A DNA stretch of 62,893 bases, filler included, from Aduncisulcus paluster (taxonomy: Eukaryota), in NCBI GenBank assembly GCA_024181965.1. It is 8 parts of 8 records of this genome, joined end to end, with 100 filler letters (N's around TTAATTAATTAA, not from the genome) between each part and the next. Parts side by side here need not be neighbours in the genome. Positions count along the whole stretch, not along the records: positions 1 to 16,292 come from BQXS01011571.1; positions 16,393 to 40,364 come from BQXS01011575.1; 6 more parts are not named here. One strand, 5' to 3'. A program made the position numbers and the translations under genes. Below, in pieces: positions 13,001 to 24,577 of the stretch; the stretch's first letter is position 1, and each line of letters opens with the position of its first letter. Under the pieces are notes generated by a model, which was not told the origin of the DNA, made no database searches, and saw only the letters and a program-made list of their open reading frames with translations.

Positions 13001-13963
13001 ATGGAAGAAGCACTCGGTGGATCTGAAAGTGATAGAATGAACTTAATCGAGCATATAATCACTAAAAGATTGACTAATTTAGAATATCTTAAAAGAGTAC
13101 ATCGCGGAAAAGCCTTTTGGTTGAATATTGTACAATTATCTCCCGATGATATTGTGTCTTCGTATGATTCGACCTTTTTACAGAATAGGACATGTATATG
13201 GTTTTCATTAGGAGTTTCTCTTGGACGTTTAATTCCAAATCCTAATGGCCCTTCCTTTATTTTTGCTGTTGCTCGTGTATTTTATGAGCTTGATGCCCTT
13301 GTTCATACTCCTTTCACGCGTGGTCTTAAGACATTTTCAATGAAAAAAGAGAAACCTCTTCAATCACATAAAGCATCCTTTCAAGAACCTAAATCATCAA
13401 TATCCTCATTAGACAGAGGGAGAAGATTATCTTTCAGCCAGCAATCAATGGTTGTTTCGTCATCCATTTCTCCATCAACCCTCACTCCTTCAGCTTCACC
13501 ATTATCCACCGTCCAGATTCCATCGCCCACAATTCATCCAACATCGCCTTCATCCTCAACTTCACAAACTTCCACCATTCTATTGGGAACTCTCACAACA
13601 ATTCCTATTACGGCCACAAAAAAATCATATGGACCCAGACATGCAGAACTTCGAGTTATGTGGGAAAAAGCGTTAGTGGATCCACGTGTGTCCAATGCTC
13701 GTCTTCTTTCGGCCCCACTTCCGCATGGGTTGTTATTGGATTATATTAGTGTTGTCGTTGGGTTGTGTGAGACCTTATCAACGGTTTATCCAAAGCTTAT
13801 GGACAGATGTGTCAAACATCCATTGCTTGCTAGACAAGTCGTTTTAATTGATGGGCTTATTAAACATCATTTTATTGGGATATTGAGTAGAGAGTATTCA
13901 ATTATAGCTCAAGGAGTAATTAAACGTAAAATGAGTGAAGTCATGGACAAATTTGGTGGATAA
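13001..13963 (+). CDS. Conserved hypothetical protein
   Basis: 320-aa ORF. Blocks KRLTNLEYLKRVHRGKAFWLN...LGVSL and LDYISVVVGLCETLSTVYPKL resemble an uncharacterised fungal/protist family (from recall). The middle is Ser/Thr/Pro-rich. Confidence 0.7.
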   Translation: MEEALGGSESDRMNLIEHIITKRLTNLEYLKRVHRGKAFWLNIVQLSPDDIVSSYDSTFLQNRTCIWFSLGVSLGRLIPNPNGPSFIFAVARVFYELDALVHTPFTRGLKTFSMKKEKPLQSHKASFQEPKSSISSLDRGRRLSFSQQSMVVSSSISPSTLTPSASPLSTVQIPSPTIHPTSPSSSTSQTSTILLGTLTTIPITATKKSYGPRHAELRVMWEKALVDPRVSNARLLSAPLPHGLLLDYISVVVGLCETLSTVYPKLMDRCVKHPLLARQVVLIDGLIKHHFIGILSREYSIIAQGVIKRKMSEVMDKFGG

Positions 13964-14171
13964 TAATATCAATTATTGGAATTTCAATCTTATCATATTC
14001 AAAATTTGGTCTCTAAATCAAAAATATTATCGTGGGCTGTTATTGCAACAAGAATAAAATTCTACAACAAAATTTTGTTATTTTATTGGATTTACTTTTG
14101 ATTTTAAGTGATAAAGTTTGAATATTTCATCCTTTTTCTGATCGACTTGTTTTTGAAGCGACAGTGTTGAA

Positions 14172-16073
14172 ATGCCAACTAAAAAAGATATAAAACCATT
14201 TTTAAATATTCAAAAACATCTTCTAGATTCACCTCAGCAATTATCTAGTTTTGTAGAACTTCAAGATGATAAGATAGATCCAAAAGTTACTCAATCGTAT
14301 CCAATATCACAACTTAATCCAATGATACATAAAATTCCACATTCTTTTGAAGGATTTTCACATCATAAAGACATCCGTAACATTGATGATAATCGGCATC
14401 TCCATTCTAAATTGCAGAAGGTTCAGCAGGCTGTCCCATCCCCTCATCAACTATCATTTTCTCATTTATCAGACCAAATCTACCAAAATGATCCAAAAAA
14501 TGAATTATATCTTGGATCGGCAATTCCATCTTCTTCCCCTTTGGCAGCTTCTTCTGCTCATAAATTATTCGGATCTCAATATGAATCTGATATTTTTCAA
14601 CATTATTCCCCAAAAATAGGCCACCGTGATACGATTCTTGCTTCATCAACCGGTTTCTCTGAGTCTATTCAACCCCATCAAATTCATGGGTCGATATATA
14701 AGCAACTACATGAAATTGTGGATAAACATGATAAAGTCGAGCATCTAGGAGATATTCATATCAAATCTATTCAAGAAATATATGAAAAACTATCCACCAC
14801 ATCATCTCCTCTTCTTCCTCATGAAAGGCATTCCATTGTTCTAATCGAATCCATTCTCTTTCTTTTCGCTGAGAGAGAGAAAACATTTCAATATATTTCA
14901 CAGCTTCAATCCATGATATCTCTGTATCAACAACAAATAGGGGCATTTCTATCGCAGGAAAGGGATCTGGATACAAAACCCAAAGATAAACATCAAACAA
15001 AATCACATTCTCATCAAACATATATTAAACAGCAACGTAATCCCATTTCTCATGCCCCCAAAGGTTATTATTATGACGATAAAGAAAGAAGATCCTCTGA
15101 TAGAAGAGATAACATTGATGACATTGATGTTGATGATGAAAGTGAAAAATCATCGGAACATCTTGAGAAACAAAGCATTTCACAATTATCACGTCCAAAA
15201 ACATCCTCATATGGACAGTTTGATGATCCAATATCTGATCATTTTGAAAAGGAAGATGATGAAACGGATAGGTTTGGTATGAGAGATAATTCGAATGATT
15301 CACAAAGAAAAGGTGAACGAGGAACTTGTTGTCTGAAAGAAGGATTCGAACAATCAAAGAAATGTAAAGAATATAAACAAAAGCATCCAAAACAATCGAA
15401 ATCAAATGGATATCAAACTGAAGAATTGAAGAAAGATCGTGATGTTTTATTAGATGAGCCAAAACATGAGATAGAATCAGAATCAAATGCAATCAAAATT
15501 GAGAAAATTGTTAAACGTTGTGTTAAAAAAGAGTTAAAAACACTTAAACAGGAACTTTTGGATAATCTCACAAGATCTTTACAAGCAACTATCAAAGAAT
15601 GTCTCATATGTTCTCCAAAAATTACAGAATCTGAGCGAAAGGATGAAGACACAGCAATTCGTGACTCTGAACATTCAACCATGGCCATTACTTTACCGAG
15701 AGGTTCGAAGTCAAAAGAAAGCACGATGGAACAAGAAGAATATGAGTCATCTTCCCATGGAAATCATCAAGAATCATCGCATTGTTCAGAATCTAGAGAC
15801 GAAATGAGTGAGAAAATATCATCAACTTCTGAGAGTTCTTCTATAAAAAAATCAACTGGAATACGGACTAAAAAACGAATTAAAAAGCATCGTTCATCTC
15901 ACAGAAAGCGTGATAAAGAACACAACCCAAGAGATATAAAAATTTCTACTGTTTTTAGCAAGGAGATGGATATTCTTCGTGAATTGCAATTAAAGTTATC
16001 AAAAAGACGATCTTTACTAAAAAAGGGGAAAGGAAGATTTGATTCGTCATCAAAACTCAATGGATCAAAATAA
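14172..16073 (+). CDS. Hypothetical low-complexity/coiled-coil protein
   Basis: 633-aa ATG-to-TAA ORF rich in S/E/K/H with no recognisable domain. Confidence 0.6.
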   Translation: MPTKKDIKPFLNIQKHLLDSPQQLSSFVELQDDKIDPKVTQSYPISQLNPMIHKIPHSFEGFSHHKDIRNIDDNRHLHSKLQKVQQAVPSPHQLSFSHLSDQIYQNDPKNELYLGSAIPSSSPLAASSAHKLFGSQYESDIFQHYSPKIGHRDTILASSTGFSESIQPHQIHGSIYKQLHEIVDKHDKVEHLGDIHIKSIQEIYEKLSTTSSPLLPHERHSIVLIESILFLFAEREKTFQYISQLQSMISLYQQQIGAFLSQERDLDTKPKDKHQTKSHSHQTYIKQQRNPISHAPKGYYYDDKERRSSDRRDNIDDIDVDDESEKSSEHLEKQSISQLSRPKTSSYGQFDDPISDHFEKEDDETDRFGMRDNSNDSQRKGERGTCCLKEGFEQSKKCKEYKQKHPKQSKSNGYQTEELKKDRDVLLDEPKHEIESESNAIKIEKIVKRCVKKELKTLKQELLDNLTRSLQATIKECLICSPKITESERKDEDTAIRDSEHSTMAITLPRGSKSKESTMEQEEYESSSHGNHQESSHCSESRDEMSEKISSTSESSSIKKSTGIRTKKRIKKHRSSHRKRDKEHNPRDIKISTVFSKEMDILRELQLKLSKRRSLLKKGKGRFDSSSKLNGSK

Positions 16074-16292
16074 TAACATCATTTTATTTGTCAATTTCAC
16101 TTCGAATACAAAAAACAAATGAACTTCATTTGAAGGGGACAAAACAATCAAATGTATTTGGAAAATTGGGAATTAATCGTTAACATTTCAATTTGAATAC
16201 AATGAATGATTGAAAAAAACATGATATTCAAAGTTTGATTCAAACAAAAAGAAACAGCGGTAGAATTGAAAATAATGTTTAAGAGTTTTTTG

Positions 16293-16392
16293 NNNNNNNN
16301 NNNNNNNNNNNNNNNNNNNNNNNNNNNNNNNNNNNNTTAATTAATTAANNNNNNNNNNNNNNNNNNNNNNNNNNNNNNNNNNNNNNNNNNNN
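16293..16392. other. Artificial scaffold-joining spacer (also at 40365-40464, 48819-48918, 51524-51623, 54043-54142, 57820-57919, 60398-60497)
   Basis: 44 N + TTAATTAATTAA (stops in all six frames) + 44 N, identical at all seven sites. Confidence 0.97.
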
Positions 16393-19300
16393 CCCTGAAA
16401 TATCCACTGTTTGTGCTTCGAACGAATAAGACATCGTCTTGAATGCACTCACCGTCACAATTGCTGCATATGGCGCAGATAAGACCGGCTGATGACGGAG
16501 AGATAGATGCAGAAATGCATAGGGATATTGAGGGTAATGTATGCAGAAGATCAGCAAGGGAAGAGCAATGGGAAGACAATGAGGAGGTGGATATGAGTGA
16601 GAGGGACTGAGAAAGAGAGTCATTTTGGGCAGAAGACGTGCCAAACTTTGGTGCTCCGAGTGGGGTCGAAGAAGATGTCTCAGATGTGCGTGGATGGGTA
16701 TCTTTCTTCTTGGAAGTAGTAGAGAAACCAGGATCGAATAGTTGAGCGATAGAAGGGGTCCAACAGAGGCCAGACAACTTTCCAGGTCTACAGGAGAACA
16801 GTAGAGATGAAAGGGACGAATTAGAGTGGGTTGTGAGGTATGAGAGGAGTTTGGAGGGCAGTGAAGAAGCAGATGGTGAATATGATGCCTGTAATAGGAG
16901 AGACATTGTGTTGGATGAGAGTGTGGTGTGTCGTGTGAGCTCTGAAAGGAAAGCAGAGAGAGATAGGAGACAATTAATCATATCTTCCTGATTGGACTCA
17001 TCCAAATGTAGGGAAGAAGAATGAGACGTCTGTCGCTGCTTGCTTGAAGTGAGATCCTCTTCATCACTGGTATAATATCTTACAGGATCTTCTTCTTCCT
17101 CTTCTTCCTCTTCCTCTTCTTCTCCTTCCTCAATGTCATCAAAACCTGTCAGCACACGTTGTGTTTCATCAAACTCAAAGTCCAGCAAGAATGAGTATGG
17201 GGCTAGTAATATATCCCATACACACCGAACACAGGCGTAATCAACACCAGACTCAACAAAACGACGGCAAAGACGCTCACCTTCAGATTCATCCTCCTTG
17301 AAGATCTTCGTAAGAACTTCCAAAAGAACATCAAGGATGGATTGCACTGTGAAAGAGAGCATCGAGTGTTCAGCAATAGAGTGATCCGATTGATCGGTTC
17401 CATCAGAATACTGTCGGTTTGAACCGGTATCTTGATCCTCTTCCTCAGAAATATGATCGTGTTCGTCAACATTGTTTGATTTGGCAGGTTTATCCACCTG
17501 AGAAGTCTCAATAATGGACATTGTCATGTCAAGTTCAGCCCTTTTCCTCGCTCTCTTTTCACTCAAACTCTCGAATACGGGAGCGTGAAGAAGGAGGGCA
17601 GAGATCGCAGGACCATACATGGAATGTGATAGTCTCCGCACTGAAGATGAGCTATCGTGGCCATTGAAAAGGAGAAATACACCACTTTGGATGATAGATG
17701 TGGGCACTGAGACCTTGGATGATGGCAATTGTCTAATGTTCCAATCATTTTCACCAGTCACAGTGTTGGAACTTGTCATACATGGCTGAACAATGTCATA
17801 CACAGGCTGGAATAGCAACTCAGGGGCACTTATAGCCGTGGATCCTTGTGTGCTGCTCATATGCTGGGATGGAGAACACAACGAAGCCATTGATTGCTGA
17901 GAATTGGAGGATGATATGAACATTCCAAGACCAACACGTCGCATGAGATCCAGTGTCACAGAGTTCTCAAGAATGGATAGGTCAGAACATAGGGATGGAA
18001 TGTGAGGAATAAGATCATTAATGGGGGTATCAAAACGAGAGAAAGGAGAATGCATGCCAAAACCATCAGATAAACCGGGACAAGATTCAAGAACCACTTC
18101 GTCGTCATCCTCAAAATCTTCAACAGAATCCTCAGCATCGGATATGATTCTAATATCATCATCCGCAGCAAGTTCCTTATCTTCCTCTTCCTCTTCCTCT
18201 TCCTCTTGGATTATTTCAGGTTCAGAGGAAGTACTCGAAGAACTAGAGATTGGATAAGCACGTTCTTCCTTAGGTTCTTTCTCAGCCTCATCAGATATAG
18301 TGTCAGTACCAGCATGGTTACTGGTTCGAGTCTCAACGTCGCTCTTTTTCTTTCCCATAGAATCGCTTGTTTTTACCGAACATTTCTTCATATTTCTCCT
18401 ACGAATATCTCTGACTTCCTTCTCTCTTACTTTGATCTCTTCCTCGACCAACCCTAACGATAAACTCACACAGAGAGAATCAAGATCGTGTTTTTGCTTC
18501 ATTTGGGTCGCTTGATCAGCACTCGAGCGTTGAGTTGTCCTGTTTTCTTCAGCAAACTCCATCTCAAAACTAAACATTTGGCATACGCATGCATAAATAC
18601 AGTTTAGAGAGGAACAACGGACTAAATTGGACAAGTCGGAAGGAAGTGAGAACAAGCACCTTGACAGTCTTCTTGCAATGTTCAATAATCGATACGGTAT
18701 ATCCTTAACATATTGTTTGGCTTGCATGAGAGAAGTCCTCAAGAGAGAATCGTGTAACATGTCAGAGGTGAAGAGATTGGTGTACATCTCAAGTTGTTTG
18801 GTGGAGGACACGAATATGGTCGAGATAAGGAGAAGGATCGAGTGGATGTATGTTGGAGTGAATAGAGGAATAGATGGCCGTTTATCCTGATCTGTGGACA
18901 TCCAGATACTCGTTACGTGTTGAAGATTTTGTACATCCTCAGAGATCTCTAGGAGTAAGCAATTAACACAGGATTCGACAACAATACGAAGGAAAGAGTA
19001 TTGTGGAGTGTCTGAAGAGAGATGAGGTTGAGTTGAAGAGGAAGATACTGGCTCAATATTAGATAGATTAGGAAGATCTTCCTCGGAATATTGGATAGGC
19101 AGAGTTCCAGTTATTTTGTGCTGGGACAAGTCGTGTATCAATGAAAGCAAGGACTTTTCAAGGGAATCCTCAATGGAATCCGATCCTCGACGTTCGTCAA
19201 GAGAATCGAGAACATGGGGAGGCTGGAAAGCAGAATCAAATATGACAGGAATTGAAGAAGAGGAAGAATCAATACCAAATACATTTTCAAATAAATTATT

Positions 19301-22300
19301 ATTAGATTCGATTTGAGAATGTTTTATGTTATTACGCTTTGATTTCCAGAGGGAATGAACGAGGTTTTTCCTTCTTTGAATTCCATATTGCAAGGTCATC
19401 TGACATAACTCATCCACAAAAGAGAAAGGAAGAGGAGAAGGGGCTAACCGATCAAGAAGACTTGGATTTTGATCGTCTGAAAGCTGAGGAACAACGTATT
19501 CATACCAACATGGGTGTAGAAGAACTCGGAATAAACACAATATGGGTCCAGAATAGGGCAACACATATTCTGCTTCTTTTCTTGTATCAGAAACTCGGTT
19601 TCTTGCTACCCCGATCACCAGAGAATCAAACGTTTCACTGGGAAGTGTCTTGACATCTTCAGAGTGACACACATATAACGCCAGAGAGAGTAATAAGGTT
19701 GGGATTTGCAAGACAAGAGGAGACAAAGATGGAGAAGGGGCTAACCGATCAAGAAGACTTGGATTTTGATCGTCTGAAAGCTGAGGAACAACGTATTCAT
19801 ACCAACATGGGTGTAGAAGAACTCGGAATAAACACAATATGGGTCCAGAATAGGGCAACACATATTCTGCTTCTTTTCTTGTATCAGAAACTCGGTTTCT
19901 TGCTACCCCGATCACCAGAGAATCAAACGTTTCACTGGGAAGTGTCTTGACATCTTCAGAGTGACACACATATAACGCCAGAGAGAGTAATAAGGTTGGG
20001 ATTTGCAAGACAAGAGGAGACAAAGATTGGAGAAGGGGATTAATCAAGTTATTAAACACACACTCATGACAGATGGCATTAGCGGAGGTGGATGAGGCAG
20101 GAGAAAACATAAAGTTGTTGTTCTGACCAGTGTGTGGATGTGATGGGTGTGGAGATGGACGCTGAGAAGGGGAAGCAGAAGCAATTGATTGATGATGAAA
20201 GTCAGCTGGTGAACTGGAACCAACAGGAACCATACCACTCGAAGAGATCATATCACTTGCTGCGTTGATGCGTCTTTGCTCAATTTCTCTCTTAATATCC
20301 TTTGCGCAAGCATATTCTTTGGGGACTGTATCGATGCGGTCGTGGATTTGTCCGATCATCTTGAGTCGTTGTCTGTTGTAACTCCCAACTCTTGCTCGGC
20401 TTGAGGCGGAATCCTTATTCCACTCTGCCACCTCGAGAACAGTTCCTATTCTTGTTTGAGAATGTGCTAAAAATAGAGGATGGCGGAGTAACAGAGGTAA
20501 GAATGTTGATGTGAGAGTGTTGAGAGTGCTTGCATTCTTCGAGTGAATGATCGTAGAGAAGAGAATCCCATGGGCTGCCAATATAGAAGACGACACAAGG
20601 GATCCTGCCGATGGATTCAGCACAAAAGAAGGCGCTGGGATTGACTGTCTTGACGCAGATGGGGAGAGAGTGGGACGTGATCTTGTAAGCAAGTCGGAGG
20701 ATCCCCGAGAGGATAACTGGCGGTAGGAAGGAGACTCATACGATGAGGATGAAGAACTGATTGTTGAGGAACAAGTCGATGGCGACCCCATGGGCATGTT
20801 CACTCTCGATGAAACGCTCATGGGAGAAGAGGGGGAGTGGGAGAGCATGATTCTCCTCGAGGATGTAGCTGGTGACACGACCTTAATTCCATGCACTTTG
20901 CATTCCTTCTTAGTGTTAACATGGAGAGACGTATCCCCGAACACATCTCTCAACAAGGATTCACTGGAGATCGTGAGGAATGGGTGTGTGTGAGTGTCAA
21001 TAAATACAAGGAAATTGTATAGTCTCAGATCAGTCCCTGTAAATGACTGTTTAATGAACTTGTTTAAATTATTATTGGCAATAAGATTGAGAATATTTAA
21101 AAGGAAGGCAGCAAATGAAAGGGAAGGTATGTCATTGCAACATGAAGAGGAAGAATGAAAGATGGATGAAACAATATCGGTGATGTCTTTAGCTTTGGAA
21201 TAAACAACGAGAGAGTTTGAAACAGGATATACAGCATCGGTGGTATGGTGCAATGAAGTCGTATCAGATTCAACATGGGGAGTTACAATCGAAGAAGAAG
21301 AACTGGACTCATCATCGTCGTCTTTTTCTTTTTTATCAGTGGCGATATCTTGTTCAGAAGAATCTAATTTCACACTGACATTTTTCTTCTCTATCTTTCC
21401 CTTAACTTCCTCTTCCTCCTCTTCATCATCATCACTGGCACTTAAGGCCTCGCGGGTGATGATCTCTCTCTCAGAATGTAAAGGAAGTCTTGGAGAACTC
21501 TGACTCTCTCTGATGAGGTGGTCTGGTTTGTAATTGTTTGAACAACGTTCCTCCAGCTCTTCCAAAGTGGGTTTGTGGGTGAGTTTATGGGAGGATATCT
21601 GACGTTGTGACCAGCTCTGGAGTGATGAGAATAGATGGGATAGAACTTCCTTGTGTGGATGGACAAGGAATATGGAAGGAATATTTTCTTCCCTCTCCTC
21701 ATCCTCCGACTCTGTTGTTTTATGGACACCATCAACATCAACATCTTCTTTCTGCCCATCTTTCTCCCTTTCCATCATCAAGGGATTTGACTGGTCTTGG
21801 TTTAAGAATGAATGAATCCACGGATGAAGACAATCTTTTAACCGTTCTAACTGATTCCTTCGTGTCTTGTCTCCTTCTGAAAAGAACAGAGAGAAACACG
21901 TTTCGATTAGACGTTCGCCCAATGAACTGATACTCGGGAGCTTTATGGGGTTCTCTTCAAAGAGATCGCCATCTGAAGTTCTGAACGTAGGTATATTTCC
22001 ATACGACACTTGGGTGGAAAGAGAATAGATGTTATGGGAAGGATATCCACTGCCTTTTATAGCTTGGAGGACATTGAATAAGGTCAGAGGGGTAGAATGG
22101 AACAAGGGTTTGATTGGAGCCATTGTTTTCGAAATGAGAGGAGAAGATCTATTCTTACTGGGAGTTCTCTGAAGATTTGAGGGAGTGATTGGGGCATGAG
22201 AAAGTCCAATGGAATGTTTGGGTTTGCTAATCGGAGAAGACGAGGAAGACGAGGAAGACGAGGAAGATGTTTGTAATTTGGAGAGAGGAAGAGAAGATGA

Positions 22301-24247
22301 TGCATAAAGCTTACTCTTCTTGTCTTTCAGTTTCTTTCCTCCTCGTGCTGCTCGACTGTGCTGTTCCATCATGACATATCTTCGTTCTTTATCGAATTCC
22401 TTGCTCTGCATTTCTAGGTCAGAGAAGATCTGGGAAAGGCAGATGACTTGAGAGAGGGAGAGAGAGCAGTATTGAGTTGGATCAAAGTCATGGACGCTGT
22501 GGGATTCAATCCAATCGTATACTGGGTAATTATTATCAATCGATTTGAGGATTTTTCCTCCTAGAGTGGACACAACTTCAGTCGACACTGTATGAGGTGG
22601 TATAGACTTATTATGAGGAATTGATGCATCTGTTTTGTCCGATATAAGTCTGGTTAGACCTTTTGATTCTTCTCCAGGAATTAGATCTAAGGATTTACCA
22701 TCTTTCTTCATAGAGTTAAGACAACACTGTCTTATATCCTCAGTTTCTTTCTCAATCTCAGCAAGAGACTCGCAGATCCTTACACCAATGCTAATTGTAA
22801 GCTCAAATGCTGAGTTACTGATGAAAGCAACGGTGAGAGCTTCACGAAGGAGAACTTTTGACACTCGACAATACTCTATCTCACGTTTTTCCTTCTCTTT
22901 CAGCTGTCTTTGCCGTTCTTCTTCCTCTTTTTGTATTGTTTTCGCTGTTTTCCATCTGCTTGGCTTCTGGACCTTCGAAGGAATTGAAACCGTGCTTGAT
23001 CTGAACATATCAACCTCTTCACTGGTTGCCTGTTTCTGCTGGGCATGGCGTATGTCTGCATCATATTGCCGTTTAAGGCATATTACTGTCTGATTGCTGT
23101 AAGAGGAACATATGGAAAGACATGATTGAATGCAATAGATGAGAGAGGATGAGCAATTCAGAACAATGGATTGGAGTGAGGTGAGGGAAATATTTTGGGG
23201 AAGATGAAGATCTTTGTGGAAAGTTGGAGATAAGGGTTCAGACTTGTCGGAAGAAGATCTAATTTTAGAATCAGAGTGGAATCCTTCAGCGTAACACACA
23301 ATCAGCAATAACGTTCGAGAGATAGATGAAAGAAAAGATGCCATGATCGAGGGAATGTGACGAAGTTCAATGCTGTTTATGAATGATGAACGGGTTTTCT
23401 CTGAAGTAATTTGTTTCTGCCCATCCACAGTGGTAATGAACTGAACACTGTGAATAATAGCCTTGATTCCATCAATAAAAATTTCGACTAGTTCACAATA
23501 AGTTGAAGAAGATTGAACTTTGTCATAAGAAAGGAGGACTCGTGGCAGAGGGGGGAAAGAGGCGACTTCAACACCTTTCTTTGTCTTAAGCTTATTATTT
23601 AGCATAGATATTGTTGAATCTCCGGAAATTCCGGCAAATAAACATTGAATTATCGTTGAAATATAGGATAATGACTGCAGACTGTTATTCTTTGTAGGAA
23701 AGATATTATCTGTAGTATGCTCAATAAATTCTTTTAAAAACTCAATCTTATAAATGAAGCGATCATTGTCAACTGGTGTATAAAATAATATTTCCAAGAT
23801 TCCAGCAAAAAAAGAAGGTGTCGAAAATAAACACAGGATTCTCGCTGAAATTTCGGAAATTGTCTCGGAATATTGATTATTGTGGGAAGTTATCAATAAT
23901 AAAGAAGGTAAAAATGGCATTGATGGATGAATGCTTGCACAATACCTAAATAAGCCTTCTAAAAAGATATCTTCTTTATCCATCGATTTTAGAGAGTATC
24001 CTAATGCATTAAAATATGTTTTGATTTGTTTTGGATGGCGGGATAACATGATTGCAGCTGGGGCCGTGCTTTTTTTAGCTGCTTCTGAAAAAAGAGCATA
24101 GCAAAGTTCTTTCAGAAGATAAAGTTGATATTTATGATTTTTTCCGAATGATTCGGTGTGTGTATCCATGTAGGAATCAATTATATGTTGCTTTGCAGCC
24201 AACAAGTGGTTTTGATGTAAAGTAGAGCATATGTGGTTTAAATGCAA
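16393..24247 (-). CDS. Very large hypothetical protein (>2600 aa, 3'-truncated); helical segments with Ser/acidic linkers
   Basis: Open frame of about 7.8 kb. The ORF track start is TTG, so the true start is uncertain (first ATG at MDTHTESF). Contains an exact 99-aa tandem duplication. Confidence 0.7.
19434..20027. repeat. Exact 297-bp in-frame tandem duplication
   Basis: 19434-19730 = 19731-20027. GGAGAAGGGG begins each copy and recurs just after the second copy (20029). Confidence 0.9.
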
Positions 24248-24577
24248 TAAGATGATTCTTTATCTTTGTAATGGATATATTAATGGGAGAAAACAATGTT
24301 TTTGTTTCATTTATTTCTGTATTTCAAGATTTTAAATCGAGAGTTTTCTTGACAATGAAATTAGAGGGTTTTCCCCTTTGTCAAAAGATATTTTTGAATT
24401 AAATGTGAAAGTGAATATCAAAATTATCATTTGTTGGAATGAGGATAAAGGTCACTTTTCATGGGCAAACGAAATTGATCGTTTGGTTGGGTAAAGGGAA
24501 TATTGAAACCCTTTTTCGGTCATAAAGTGTATTTAATTCTCATAAATTACTAATTACCGTAGTTTCAGAACTGGAAA

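Noticed and set aside
16337..16348. TTAATTAATTAA motif repeated seven times
   Set aside because: Synthetic six-frame stop linker inside N runs. Gene neighbourhoods across these linkers are meaningless.
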